Origin: a virus
Lineage: Duplodnaviria; Caudoviricetes
DNA length: 61,518 nt
IMG/VR virus record: IMGVR_UViG_3300020595_000037
Span: 1-61,518 of that record
Reading direction: 5' to 3' (one strand)
The position numbers and the translations under genes were made by a program. Below the pieces are notes generated by a model. That model was not told the DNA's origin. It did not search any database and saw only the letters and a list, made by a program, of their open reading frames with translations. Position 1 is the stretch's first letter; each line of letters begins with the position of its first letter. Positions 8,481 through 19,800 of the stretch are shown here, piece after piece.

Positions 8481-10853
8481 ATGATTAATACGAGTACTAA
8501 TAGTTCCTTTCCTAGTCAGGTGGTACCTGTCGCGGAAAAGCTTAGTTTAGAGTATGGTCTGCAAGTAGGGCAAGCCATTGAATATGAATGGTTTAGAGGT
8601 GGTAGAGTTAATGGAACAAGATGGCAGAAAGGGTTTCAAAACTTTAACAGGTTAAGATTATACGCTAGAGGTGAGCAACCTGTGCAAAAATATAAAGATG
8701 AATTATCAATTAATGGTGATTTATCTTATTTAAACTTAGACTGGAAGCCAGTGCCAATAATTCCAAAGTTTGTTGATATTGTAGTAAACGGTATATCTTC
8801 TAAAAAATACGATATAAAAGCATATGCTCAAGATCCTTTTTCTTTAAAACAAAGAACAAATTATGCTTCGTCTATATTAAGAGACATGTTATCTAAGCCT
8901 TTACTTAATAGTATACAAGAAAACTTAGGGGTAGATGTTTATAATGTAGTTGATCCAGCTAATTTACCACAATCAAAGGAAGAGTTAGAAGTGCATATGC
9001 AATTAAACTATAAACAATCTATAGAAATTGCTGAAGAAGAAGTTATTAATAATGTATTAGATTTTAATAAATACGAATTAATTAACAAAAGAGTTATAGA
9101 AGATATAGTAACAGTTGGTATTGGAGCTGTTAAAACTAGTTTTAATAAAGCTGAAGGTGTTAAAATAGACTATGTTAATCCTTCTAATTTAGTTTATTCA
9201 TATACTAACGATCCTAATTTTCAAGACCTATATTATGTAGGTGAAATAAAATCTATAACACTACCTGAGTTAAAAAAAGAATTTCCTAATTTAACTAACG
9301 AAGAGCTTAAAACAATACAAAAGTATCCTGGTAGAGAAGGTTATATGCGTAACCGTAATAACGATGATGATTTAGTACAGGTTATATATTTTGAATACAA
9401 ATCTTATATAGATCAAGTTTTTAAAGTTAAAAACACTGATAATGGTTTAGAAAAAGTATTAGAAAAACCTGATACATTTAATCCGCCAGAAAGTGATAAT
9501 TTTGAAAGAGTATCTAGAACAATAGAAGTATTGTTTACAGGTGCTAAAGTTATGGGTGTAGAACAAATGCTTAAATGGGAAATGTCAGAAAACATGACAA
9601 GACCTAAGAGTGATTTAACTAAGGTTAATATGAACTACAATATTGTAGCGCCTCATATGTATCAAGGTCGTATAGATTCACTTGTAGGACGTATAACTGG
9701 TTTTGCTGATATGATACAACTTACATCACTTAAATTACAACAGGTGATTGCTAGAATGGTTCCAGATGGTGTCTTTGTAGATGTTGATGGTTTATCTGAA
9801 GTTGATTTAGGTAATGGAACTAATTATAATCCTCAGGAAGCATTAAACATGTATTTCCAAACTGGTAGTATAGTTGGTAGAAGTTTAACACAAGATGGTG
9901 ATCCTAATAGAGGTAAAGTACCTATACAAGAATTACAAACATCTAGTGCTAATGGAAAAATACAATCGTTGATCAACACTTATCAGTATTATTTACAAAT
10001 GATAAGAGACGTAACAGGATTGAACGAAGCAAGAGATGGCAGTTTACCAGACAAAGACGCGTTGGTCGGCTTGCAAAAAATGGCTGCCAATGCTTCTAAC
10101 ATAGCAACTAAACATATTTTAAATAGTAGTTTATATTTAACGCTTAGAACTTGTGAAAACATATCGCTTAGAATAGCTGATATGTTAGATTTTGATTTAA
10201 CTAATAATGCACTTAAAGCTAGTATAGGTAAATTTAATGTTGCAACACTACATGAAATAGATGATTTACATTTATATGATTTTGGTATATACATGGATTT
10301 AGAACCTGAAGAAGAAGAAAAAGCTATGTTAGAACAAAATATACAAATGGCTTTACAGCAAAATCAAATATACCTTGAAGATGCTATTGACATTAGAGAA
10401 ATAAGAAACTTAACTTTAGCTAATCAAGTTTTAAAATACAAGAGAGTTAAAAAGCAAGAAGCTGATCAACAAGCTCAAATGGCTAATATTGCTGCTCAAG
10501 CAGATTCTAATTCAGAAGCTTCAGAAAAAGCTTCAATGCAAGAAGTGCAAAAAGGAGAGGCATTAGCACAGACTGAAATACAAATTGAGCAAGCTAAGTC
10601 TCAAATGGAAATACAGAGAATGCAACAAGAGCTACAAAACAAACAACAGTTAATGGCTAAAGAGTTTGAGTACAACATGAAACTTAAACAAATGGAAGTT
10701 GATGCGTCAACAAAAAAAGAAGCTCAAATAGAAGATCGTAAAGATAAACGAACTAAAATACAAGCTTCTCAACAATCACAAATGATTACACAACGTCAAA
10801 CAGACGGGTTACCTACTGATTTTGAAAACAACATGGAAGAGTTAAGTATGTAA
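8481..10853 (+). CDS. Portal protein
   Basis: 790 aa directly after terL; PIIPKFVDIVVNG, VTGLNEARDG, Gln-rich C-terminal barrel helix. Confidence 0.85.
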   Translation: MINTSTNSSFPSQVVPVAEKLSLEYGLQVGQAIEYEWFRGGRVNGTRWQKGFQNFNRLRLYARGEQPVQKYKDELSINGDLSYLNLDWKPVPIIPKFVDIVVNGISSKKYDIKAYAQDPFSLKQRTNYASSILRDMLSKPLLNSIQENLGVDVYNVVDPANLPQSKEELEVHMQLNYKQSIEIAEEEVINNVLDFNKYELINKRVIEDIVTVGIGAVKTSFNKAEGVKIDYVNPSNLVYSYTNDPNFQDLYYVGEIKSITLPELKKEFPNLTNEELKTIQKYPGREGYMRNRNNDDDLVQVIYFEYKSYIDQVFKVKNTDNGLEKVLEKPDTFNPPESDNFERVSRTIEVLFTGAKVMGVEQMLKWEMSENMTRPKSDLTKVNMNYNIVAPHMYQGRIDSLVGRITGFADMIQLTSLKLQQVIARMVPDGVFVDVDGLSEVDLGNGTNYNPQEALNMYFQTGSIVGRSLTQDGDPNRGKVPIQELQTSSANGKIQSLINTYQYYLQMIRDVTGLNEARDGSLPDKDALVGLQKMAANASNIATKHILNSSLYLTLRTCENISLRIADMLDFDLTNNALKASIGKFNVATLHEIDDLHLYDFGIYMDLEPEEEEKAMLEQNIQMALQQNQIYLEDAIDIREIRNLTLANQVLKYKRVKKQEADQQAQMANIAAQADSNSEASEKASMQEVQKGEALAQTEIQIEQAKSQMEIQRMQQELQNKQQLMAKEFEYNMKLKQMEVDASTKKEAQIEDRKDKRTKIQASQQSQMITQRQTDGLPTDFENNMEELSM

Positions 10854-10881
10854 TTTTTATTAATTTTTATATTATTTTATT

Positions 10882-12063
10882 ATGTCAGAAACAAAGGAAA
10901 AAGCTGGAAAGCTTAAGGTAAAAGCTAAAATTCTTAAGCCTAAAAATTTATCAAATAATGATGAACCTATAAAAGTAGATTTATCAAAACCTAAAACAGA
11001 AGAACAAGATGCCATTCAAGTCAGAGAAACAAAGGAAATACCTGTGGTTGAAACATCCGGAGATAGCGAGAAAGTGGACGAACAAGTACAAGAGTCCAGC
11101 CCGATTGCTGAAGTTCAAGAAGAAAAACCTGTAATTGAAGAAGTTAAAGAAGAAGAAGAAGAGGTAATTTCTATAGGTGAAGAAATGGAACCACAAGCTG
11201 AGATTACAGCAGAGGAACCGCAAACTGTTAAACAAGATATTAATCTACCTGAAAACATCGAAAAAGTCGTAGACTTTATGAAAGAAACAGGTGGAACATT
11301 AGAAGATTACGTTAGATTAAACGCTGATTATACTAATGTAGATAATGATACTTTATTAAAAGAGTATTATAAAAACACAAAATCACATCTAGATTCAGAA
11401 GAGATTAGTTTTCTATTAGAAGATAATTTTTCATTTGATGAAGAAGTAGATGACGCAAGAGATATTCGGAAGAAGAAACTTGCATATAAAGAAGAGGTTG
11501 CAAAAGCACAGAAGCATTTAAATGGTTTAAAGAGTCAATATTACGACGAAATCAAGTTGAGACCCGGAGTAACTCAAGAACAAAAAAAAGCTATGGATTT
11601 TTTCAATCGCTACAACGAAGAGCAAAATGTAGCAGAGCAACAACATGAAGTGTTTAAAAACACCACTAAAGATTATTTTACCAAAGAATTCAAAGGTTTT
11701 GATTTTAGCGTAGGAGACAAAAAATTTAGATACGGTGTTAAAAACCCTAGTGAAGTTGCAGATAATCAATCAAACATCAGTAATATAGTTAAGAAGTTCT
11801 TAAACGATAAAGGTGATGTAACCGATGTAAAAGGTTATCACAAAGCTATGTATGCCGCACAACATGCAGATACTATTGCACAACATTTTTATGAGCAAGG
11901 CAAAGCTGATGCAATTAGAAATGTCGCTGCAAAATCAAACAACATTAGTAACGAAGCTAGAGCAAGTGCTCCAAGCGATGTATTTGTTGGTGGGTTTAAA
12001 GTTAAAAGTATAAGTGGTCTTGACTCTTCAAAATTAAAAATCAAAGCAAGAAAATTTAACTAA
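10882..12063 (+). CDS. Putative capsid scaffolding protein
   Basis: Glu-rich disordered N-half and helical C-half; lies between portal and capsid genes. Confidence 0.7.
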   Translation: MSETKEKAGKLKVKAKILKPKNLSNNDEPIKVDLSKPKTEEQDAIQVRETKEIPVVETSGDSEKVDEQVQESSPIAEVQEEKPVIEEVKEEEEEVISIGEEMEPQAEITAEEPQTVKQDINLPENIEKVVDFMKETGGTLEDYVRLNADYTNVDNDTLLKEYYKNTKSHLDSEEISFLLEDNFSFDEEVDDARDIRKKKLAYKEEVAKAQKHLNGLKSQYYDEIKLRPGVTQEQKKAMDFFNRYNEEQNVAEQQHEVFKNTTKDYFTKEFKGFDFSVGDKKFRYGVKNPSEVADNQSNISNIVKKFLNDKGDVTDVKGYHKAMYAAQHADTIAQHFYEQGKADAIRNVAAKSNNISNEARASAPSDVFVGGFKVKSISGLDSSKLKIKARKFN

Positions 12064-12081
12064 AACTAAAAATTATTTATT

Positions 12082-13560
12082 ATGGGACAAATTGCTCCAG
12101 TGTTTGGAAGTATCGTACCTTCTCAAACGCAACTACCGCTAGCTAACAATTACCTAGCGTTTAATACTGCTGCTGCAGGTGCAAATGATTTCGCACAACA
12201 GTATCTACCAGAGGTTTATGAAGCTGAAGTAGAAAGATATGGAAACAGAACTTTAGGTGGTTTCTTAAAAATGGTTGGCGCTGAAATGCCAATGACGTCT
12301 GATCAAGTTATCTGGTCAGAACAAAATAGATTACACATCTCTTATACAGGATGTACATTAACAGGACCTGGTGCTGGAACTTTCGTTTTCAGTGTACCTA
12401 CTAATGCTGCTGTTGGTGCAACTTCTATTAAAAATGCAATTGCTCCTAACGATACTATCGTTGTAATGAACCCAACTACTGGCGTTACATTAAAAGGTAT
12501 TGTAGGTGCTGTAGCTGCAAATGGTGCTTTAACAAACGTTACTGCTTATCCATTTACAACTGCTAACTGGGATACTTTAGGTATTGCTGCTGCTGCAGGT
12601 GCTGCTGGATTAAAGATATTCGTTTACGGTTCTTTATTTGCTAAAGGAACTGGAAGTGGAAACTTTTCAGTACAGCCACAATTTACTCAATACTCTAATC
12701 AACCAATCATAATCAAAGATAGATTTGAAATTAATGGTTCTGATATGGCACAGATTGGATGGGTAGAAGTTGCTACAGAAGACGGAACATCAGGATACTT
12801 ATGGTATTTAAAGTCTGAGTCTGAAACAAGATTACGTTTTGACGATTACTTAGAAATGGCAATGGTTGAAGGAGAATTAGCTGCTGCCGCTAGTGGTTTC
12901 ACTGCTCAAGCTGCTAACGTACCTGGATTCTCAGCTACTATTAATGCTCATGGTACTGAAGGTCTTTTCCAAGCTATTACTAATAGAGGTAATATTATGA
13001 GTGGATTCCAAGGTGCTACAGGTATTTCTGATTTCGATCAAATACTTAAAAACCTTGACACACAAGGTGCTATTGAAGAAAACATGTTATTCTTAAATAG
13101 AGATACAGACTTAGAGTTTGATGACATGCTAAGCCAAATTTCTGCAGGACAATCTGGAGGAACTGCTTACGGTTTATTTGAAAATTCTGAGGATATGGCT
13201 TTAAATTTAGGTTTCTCTGGTTTCAGAAGAGGTTCTTATGACTTCTACAAAACAAGCTGGAAATACTTAAATGACGCTTCAACAAGAGGTGCGGTAGCTG
13301 TAAACAATATCGATGGTGTATTAATTCCTGCGGGAACTTCTACAGTTTATGACCAAATTTTAGGTACAAACATTAGAAGACCATTCTTACACGTAAGATA
13401 TAGAGCTTCTCAAGGAGATGACAGAAGATACAAAAACTGGATCACTGGTACTGCTGGTGGTGCTTACACTTCTGAAATTGACTCGATGATCGTAAACTGG
13501 TTATCAGAGAGATGTTTAGTTACTCAAGCTGCTAATAACTTCGTGTTATTCCAAAGCTAG
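12082..13560 (+). CDS. Major capsid protein
   Basis: 492 aa after scaffold, strongly biased codons, followed by a strong terminator; W.EQ.RLH and TEGLF.AI..RG patterns. Confidence 0.85.
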   Translation: MGQIAPVFGSIVPSQTQLPLANNYLAFNTAAAGANDFAQQYLPEVYEAEVERYGNRTLGGFLKMVGAEMPMTSDQVIWSEQNRLHISYTGCTLTGPGAGTFVFSVPTNAAVGATSIKNAIAPNDTIVVMNPTTGVTLKGIVGAVAANGALTNVTAYPFTTANWDTLGIAAAAGAAGLKIFVYGSLFAKGTGSGNFSVQPQFTQYSNQPIIIKDRFEINGSDMAQIGWVEVATEDGTSGYLWYLKSESETRLRFDDYLEMAMVEGELAAAASGFTAQAANVPGFSATINAHGTEGLFQAITNRGNIMSGFQGATGISDFDQILKNLDTQGAIEENMLFLNRDTDLEFDDMLSQISAGQSGGTAYGLFENSEDMALNLGFSGFRRGSYDFYKTSWKYLNDASTRGAVAVNNIDGVLIPAGTSTVYDQILGTNIRRPFLHVRYRASQGDDRRYKNWITGTAGGAYTSEIDSMIVNWLSERCLVTQAANNFVLFQS

Positions 13561-13575
13561 AATTACTTTAAAGTT

Positions 13576-13614
13576 TATCTCCGTCTTCGGGCGGAGATAC
13601 TCTTTATTTTTTTT
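13576..13614 (+). terminator. Intrinsic terminator
   Basis: TATCTCCGTC-TTCG-GGCGGAGATA stem with UUCG loop followed by a T-rich tract. Confidence 0.85.
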
Positions 13615-13636
13615 ATTAATTATATTATATTATATC

Positions 13637-14401
13637 ATGTCAAAGACAAAACAAATTTCAACCCCTGAATGGGAGATCAAGGATAGAACTTATTTTTTAA
13701 CAAATCAAGTATCACCTTTAACATATACATTAGGAACAAGACATTCAAGACGTTATCCATTATTACATTTTGATGAAAAAAGTGGAGAACAAAGAGAATT
13801 AAGATATGCAACTAATATGAACTCACCGTTTGTTGATGAGCAAAAAGGAGAGGTTACATTAGGTCATGTTATTTTTGAAGAAGGAATGTTATTTGTACCT
13901 AAACAAAAACAAAACTTACAAAAATTATTATCATTATACCATCCAAGAAAAGGTCACGTTTATGCAGAGTTTAAACCTGAAGTAATAGCAACAGATGAAA
14001 TAGATGAAATAAACTTTGAAATAGATGCTTTACTTGCTGCTAAGCAAATGGAGATTGATGAAGCTGAGTCTGTTTTAAGAGTTGAAAAAGGATCTGCCGT
14101 TAGTACAATGAGCTCTAAAGAAATAAAAAGAGATTTACTTTTAATGGCAAAGAAAAATCCTGCTGGATTCTTAGCTATTGCTAATGATGAAAATGTTGGA
14201 TTAAGAAACGTAGGTATTAAAGCTGTAGAGCAAGGTATCGTTAAGTTATCTCAAGACCAAAGAACGTTCCATTGGGGATCTAATGATAGAAAATTAATGA
14301 CTATACCTTTTGATGAACAACCATACTCAGCATTAGCTGCTTGGTTTAAAACTGATGAAGGCGTAGAAGTTTTTAAAACAATCAATAAAAAGTTACAATA
14401 A
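13637..14401 (+). CDS. Conserved hypothetical protein downstream of capsid gene
   Basis: 254-aa ORF in the morphogenesis operon. Confidence 0.7.
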   Translation: MSKTKQISTPEWEIKDRTYFLTNQVSPLTYTLGTRHSRRYPLLHFDEKSGEQRELRYATNMNSPFVDEQKGEVTLGHVIFEEGMLFVPKQKQNLQKLLSLYHPRKGHVYAEFKPEVIATDEIDEINFEIDALLAAKQMEIDEAESVLRVEKGSAVSTMSSKEIKRDLLLMAKKNPAGFLAIANDENVGLRNVGIKAVEQGIVKLSQDQRTFHWGSNDRKLMTIPFDEQPYSALAAWFKTDEGVEVFKTINKKLQ

Positions 14402-14403
14402 TA

Positions 14404-14452
14404 TGTAACTATAATTATAGTGAAGGGTCACTTTGGTGGCCCTAATCACTAT
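14404..14452 (+). promoter_or_regulatory. TGTAACTATA motif followed by a long stem-loop
   Basis: ATAGTGA-AGGGTCAC-TTTG-GTGGCCCT-AA-TCACTAT at 14417-14452; no U tract on either strand. Confidence 0.5.
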
Positions 14453-14468
14453 TAACTAAAATATTAAA

Positions 14469-15407
14469 ATGGCAATAAACGTAAATACTGTATATCAAAC
14501 CGTTTTATTAATACTAAATAAAGAACAAAGGGGTTATATGACACCTGTTGAGTTTAATAAAATAGGTGGACAAGTTCAATTAGAAATATTTGAAAAATAT
14601 GCTGAAGATATGAATCAGCAATTACGTGTGCCACAAATAGATTTAGATTATTCTGATAGACAAATAAATGTAGATGAAAAATTATCTATATTCAAAGAAA
14701 TAGATACTGCTACATATACAACTAGTGGTCATCAAATACCTTTCCAATACTCTGGAAACTCTTCGACAACACAATCGTGGACGTCAATAACTAATCAACT
14801 TACATATCCTTTAATAGGAGACTCAATTAGTTTTGCTGCAAAAAATGCTATTAGTAATGTTTTTGTAGACGAAATACAGTATTCTCCAGATCAATACACT
14901 GTAAGTGGTGGTAATTTAATATTAAACGGTACAGCACCTCAAGCGGGTACTACAGTTGTAATAAATCTATATAGTAAACAGTTTTATAGACTTGGCACCG
15001 TTATATATAGTGCTGGAGGAACATTACCAATACAAGAGTTAGAGAGAGTTGGTTCTAGTGAACTCTATCATTTACTCAGTTCTAATCTAACTAAACCTAC
15101 AACTAAATATCCTATATACACTTATAAAAATAATTATATAAATGTCTATCCTGAATCTATTGATTTTGGTATTTCAGTAAACTATTTAAGAAAACCTATA
15201 CCACCAGTTTGGGGCATGGACACAAGTATAACAACTCAATATACTTTTCAAGCTAGTAGCTCTATGAATTTTGAATTACATAGTTCTGAACAAACTGAAT
15301 TAATATTAAAAATATTATTATATGCTGGTGTAGTAATTAGAGATCCAGAAATAATACAGGTTGCAGCTTCTCAAGTTCAACAACAAGAAATAAATCAAAA
15401 AAGCTAG
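14469..15407 (+). CDS. Head-tail adaptor/ring protein
   Basis: V..ILNKEQRGY.TP.EFN, VNYLRKP and FELH patterns; position after capsid module. Confidence 0.65.
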   Translation: MAINVNTVYQTVLLILNKEQRGYMTPVEFNKIGGQVQLEIFEKYAEDMNQQLRVPQIDLDYSDRQINVDEKLSIFKEIDTATYTTSGHQIPFQYSGNSSTTQSWTSITNQLTYPLIGDSISFAAKNAISNVFVDEIQYSPDQYTVSGGNLILNGTAPQAGTTVVINLYSKQFYRLGTVIYSAGGTLPIQELERVGSSELYHLLSSNLTKPTTKYPIYTYKNNYINVYPESIDFGISVNYLRKPIPPVWGMDTSITTQYTFQASSSMNFELHSSEQTELILKILLYAGVVIRDPEIIQVAASQVQQQEINQKS

Positions 15408-15410
15408 ACT

Positions 15411-16853
15411 ATGTCAATACCTAATGGAGGTTTAATAACCGAAACAAACAGACAATATTACGCTGGTGCACAGCAGTTTCAAGCGAAAGCTCAAACAGCT
15501 ACTAATATACCTAGTGATTATGTTGGTCAAACTTTTACTAGTACTTTTGATACTAATCTAACTTTTAGTAGCTCTGATAATGCTTCTAATGGTTTTAACT
15601 TAAACAATTTTAAAATATTCACAAGTCCAGATGCTAACACTTGGACAGAGTTACTACCTTCATCTGCTATATCTACAACAACAGGCACAAGTAACACAGC
15701 ATCAGCAATCACACAAAAAAACATAACTATTGCAGTAGCTAACACAAGCGTTCTAGTTGGTATGACAATACTTTCTGCTAGTGGAGCATTTATAGGTGTT
15801 ATTGCTAGCATCGCGGCAGGTAATCAAACATTCACATGTGTAAACAATTTAGCTGTAGCTGTTTCTAACTTAGACGTGTTAACATTTAGATTAGTTCAAC
15901 CGTATTCTGAGCTTAACAACGTAGTTACAATAAAAGCTTCGTTACCACCTAGCATATATGTTAAAATACAATTAAATGAAAATACTTTATGGGATAACAA
16001 TGGTAGTTATTCTTATACTAGATTAGATGATGTTATCGATAATTTTTTAATTGCATATGTTGGTGCTGGTAAATTAATACCTAGCATTAAAAGAACTGAT
16101 GTTATATTTCATGCTAAACGTGGTTTACAAGAATTTAGTTATGATACTTTAAAAAGTATAAGATCACAAGAATTAACTGTTCCTTTAAGTTTAACTATAA
16201 CTATGCCTCAGGATTATGTTAACTACACTAGATTTTCATGGACAGATCAAATGGGTGTGCAACACACGATATATCCGGCTAATGAATTAACATTAAGACC
16301 TTATTCTACACCAACACAAGCTGGAGACGGTAGTATAGTACAAGACAGTAATGATAATAACACAGAGCTAACATCACAAACAACAGAGGCTTGGAACGCA
16401 AATAATCCAAGAAAATTAAGTGGTGCATTTTTAAATGATTATAATGTAGCTGATTTATATTGGCAAAACTATTACAATAACGCTTTAGGTCAAAGATATG
16501 GTTTAAACCCTGTTACTAGTCAAAGAAATGGTTGGTTTATAGTAGACGATAGAAAAGGACAGTTTGGTTTTTCTAGTGATTTAAAAGAAAAGCTAATTGT
16601 TATGGAATATATCTCTGATGGTAATGCGTATGATTTAGATGCTAGAATACCTAAAATGGCAGAAGAAGCTTTGTATGCACATATAATATATTCTATATTA
16701 TCAACAAGTGTAGGTGTTCAGGAATACATAGTACAAAGATTTAAAAAAGAAAAAAGTGCTAAATTAAGAAATGCTAAAATAAGATTATCTAATATTAAGC
16801 TAAACGAAATAGTTCAAGTGTTTAGAAATCAATCTAAATGGATTAAATATTAA
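15411..16853 (+). CDS. Tail ring/structural protein
   Basis: AKRGLQEFSYD, MPQDYVNY, EYISDG and IPKMAEEALYAHI patterns; position. Confidence 0.6.
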   Translation: MSIPNGGLITETNRQYYAGAQQFQAKAQTATNIPSDYVGQTFTSTFDTNLTFSSSDNASNGFNLNNFKIFTSPDANTWTELLPSSAISTTTGTSNTASAITQKNITIAVANTSVLVGMTILSASGAFIGVIASIAAGNQTFTCVNNLAVAVSNLDVLTFRLVQPYSELNNVVTIKASLPPSIYVKIQLNENTLWDNNGSYSYTRLDDVIDNFLIAYVGAGKLIPSIKRTDVIFHAKRGLQEFSYDTLKSIRSQELTVPLSLTITMPQDYVNYTRFSWTDQMGVQHTIYPANELTLRPYSTPTQAGDGSIVQDSNDNNTELTSQTTEAWNANNPRKLSGAFLNDYNVADLYWQNYYNNALGQRYGLNPVTSQRNGWFIVDDRKGQFGFSSDLKEKLIVMEYISDGNAYDLDARIPKMAEEALYAHIIYSILSTSVGVQEYIVQRFKKEKSAKLRNAKIRLSNIKLNEIVQVFRNQSKWIKY

Positions 16854-16856
16854 TAC

Positions 16857-19800
16857 ATGGCTGAGATAAAAAATAGTTTTCTTAAGTCCAAAATGAACAA
16901 GGACTTAGATGACAGACTTATTCCTAACGGTGAGTATAGAGATGCAAGAAATATATCTGTAGGTAGATCTGAAGATGATGATATAGGTGCGTTAGAAAAT
17001 ATAAAAGGTAATACTTTAGTTCCAGGAACTAATATTGGGGCTTTACAAGTTATAGGTTATTTAACAAGTAATAATTCTGAAACTATTTATTTGTTTTTAA
17101 CTAACAATTCTACTGCTTCACCTGGAACTAGCCATTACATATACAAATATTTTAATAATTCATATACTAAAATACTTGAAGGTGCGTTTTTAAATTTTAG
17201 TGCAGATAACTATATAACAGGAGTTAATCTTGTAGAAGATTTATTATTTTGGACAGATAACAGGAATCAACCTAGAAAAATAAACGTTACTAAACCTTTT
17301 GGTTATTACTTTAAAGAAAATCAAATATCTGTAGCAAAATACAACCCTTATGAACCTATAGAGTTATTAAAAACTATAACAGCAACTGGTACTTCAACAG
17401 GGGTTAATTTAGTTTTAACAGCTGCAAATACTTTAATAAAAAAAGGTATGAGCGTAATTGTTAAAAATAATTCTAACGTTCAAAAAGTTGATGCTGATAA
17501 ATATATATACGTAACAAACGTTTCAGGAACTGCTGTAACTTTAAACGTTCAACCAACGGACGAAGCTGGTAATAATTATAATATTGTAAATACAGATACT
17601 ATAACTTTCCTTGTTACAACTATGACAGGTAAAGATATCACATATGATTTTAACGATAGTAATGATTGGCCTGGTGATCCAGATTTTTTACAAGATTTAT
17701 TTGTAAGGTTTAGTTATAGGTTTAAGTTTGATGATCAAGAGTATTCTGTAATGGCGCCATTCACTCAACCAACTTTTATACCTCAACAAAAAGGTTATTT
17801 TTTAGAGGGTGATGAAGATGCGGCTTATAGAAGTACTATATTAGACTTCATGCAAAATGGTGTACAAAACGTAGAATTAATTATTCCACTTCCAGACAGA
17901 CAGTCTAAACTAGGTGACGGAACTCTTGATACATATAAAATAGTACAGCTAGATATATTATATAAAGAATCAGACGCTAGAGCTGTAAAAGTTTTAGACA
18001 GTATAAACGTAGATAATTTAAACTCAAGTTCAAACACATACTTGTATAACTATCAATCAAGAAAACCTTATAAAACTTTACCAGAAAGACAAACTGTAAG
18101 AGTTTATGATAGAGTACCTGTTAGAGCTTTGGCACAAGAGGTTTCGGGTAATAGAATTATGTATGGTAACTTCCAGAGCCAACATACTCCACCGGCAACA
18201 ATAGATTACAACGTTGGCGCTAGCGCTAAAAACACAACTGTTTTTACTAATTGGGCTGAATATCCAAATCATACTTTAAAGAAAAATAGAAATTATCAAG
18301 TTGGCTTTATATTATCTGACAAGTTTGGTAGACAATCATCAGTTATATTATCATCTGTTGATGATAGTGCTCCAACAACATTAGGTGGCACTACATTTGG
18401 TGGTTCAACTTTTTATCACCCTTATACTTCGGCAACACAAAATTTAAAACAATGGTTTGGTGACGCTTTAAAAGTTGTTATAAATACTGAAATTACTTCT
18501 TCTGTAAATAGTGATGGCGAAGGTGCTCCAGGTTTATATGCTGATCAGATAGGAAACGGTTTTAATACAACAGCAAACAGCGTAGGGATAACTTCTCCTT
18601 TTATTTATACATTTACTCTAGGTTCAAATGCGGTTGACGTTCCGGTTTTAAATTCATATTTAAGAGGTGAGTTTACAGATTTTGTAAAAGTAACCAATGT
18701 AGATGATACAGCTGCTCCTATTTACACAATAACTACAGATGGGCAAGTAAATAATTTCTTATATTCTGACAATGCTTTAAATGCTCCAGACACTAAATAT
18801 GCTTATACAATAACAAACACTTTAGGTTGGTATTCGTATAAAGTTGTTGTTAAACAACAAGAGCAAGATTACTATAACTGTTATTTACCAGGTTTTTTAA
18901 ATGGTTACCCAAGTACAACAGGTGTAACTGATCCTCCAGTTTTTCCTACAACTGAAGACGATAAAACAGCTCACACAGTATTATTAAACGATAATATAAA
19001 TAAAATACCTAGAGATTTAAATGAAACTTCTGATCAACAAAAACAGTTTAGAAGCTCTGTAAGATTATATGGTAGAGTAAATAACACCGCCACGGACAAC
19101 GTACAATATTTTCCAGTTTCCACCGGAACTCAAACACTGCCATTAGCTATGACGGCAGACACTATATCTACAGCTTTTGATTTATCTATGTATAGCGATG
19201 ATATTTCAACAACTAATGTTCCTTTTTATCAATTAGAAACAAATCCTTTTATAGCTAGATTAGCAACGTCCAATGCTGGTACTACTGTTGTAGGTTTACC
19301 TAACTCTTCAATGACAATACAACTTTCTGTTGCTGAAACAGAACCTGTTGAAAGTTTATTACAATTATTTTACGAAACAACAACAGTTGGTTTAATAGCT
19401 GATTTAAATGCTGATATAAACACTGGTTTTGATGGTGTGGCTGGATTGTCAGCATTAGGTTATTCGCATTTTGAAAACATGGCTGCTAACACAGATATAT
19501 CAGCTGTATTTAAACCTCAAAACAATCAAGGTAGTGATTTTTTAAATACTCAGATAGAAAACGTTTCTATGACAGTTACAGATGGTAATGGTCTCACTAG
19601 AGCAACGGGAAATTTAACTGACGGTTTTACAGGCGATTTTAAACTGATAACATCTGGAACAGGATATAAGCTACAAACAGCAGTTGATACTTTTGTTTTT
19701 TCAAATGCTGGTTTTGATTCAAATAAAAACTCAAAAGAAACATATAATTTTAATTTTACTTGGACAACTGTACCGGCTTCAGGTGGTGATACTAGTTCAA

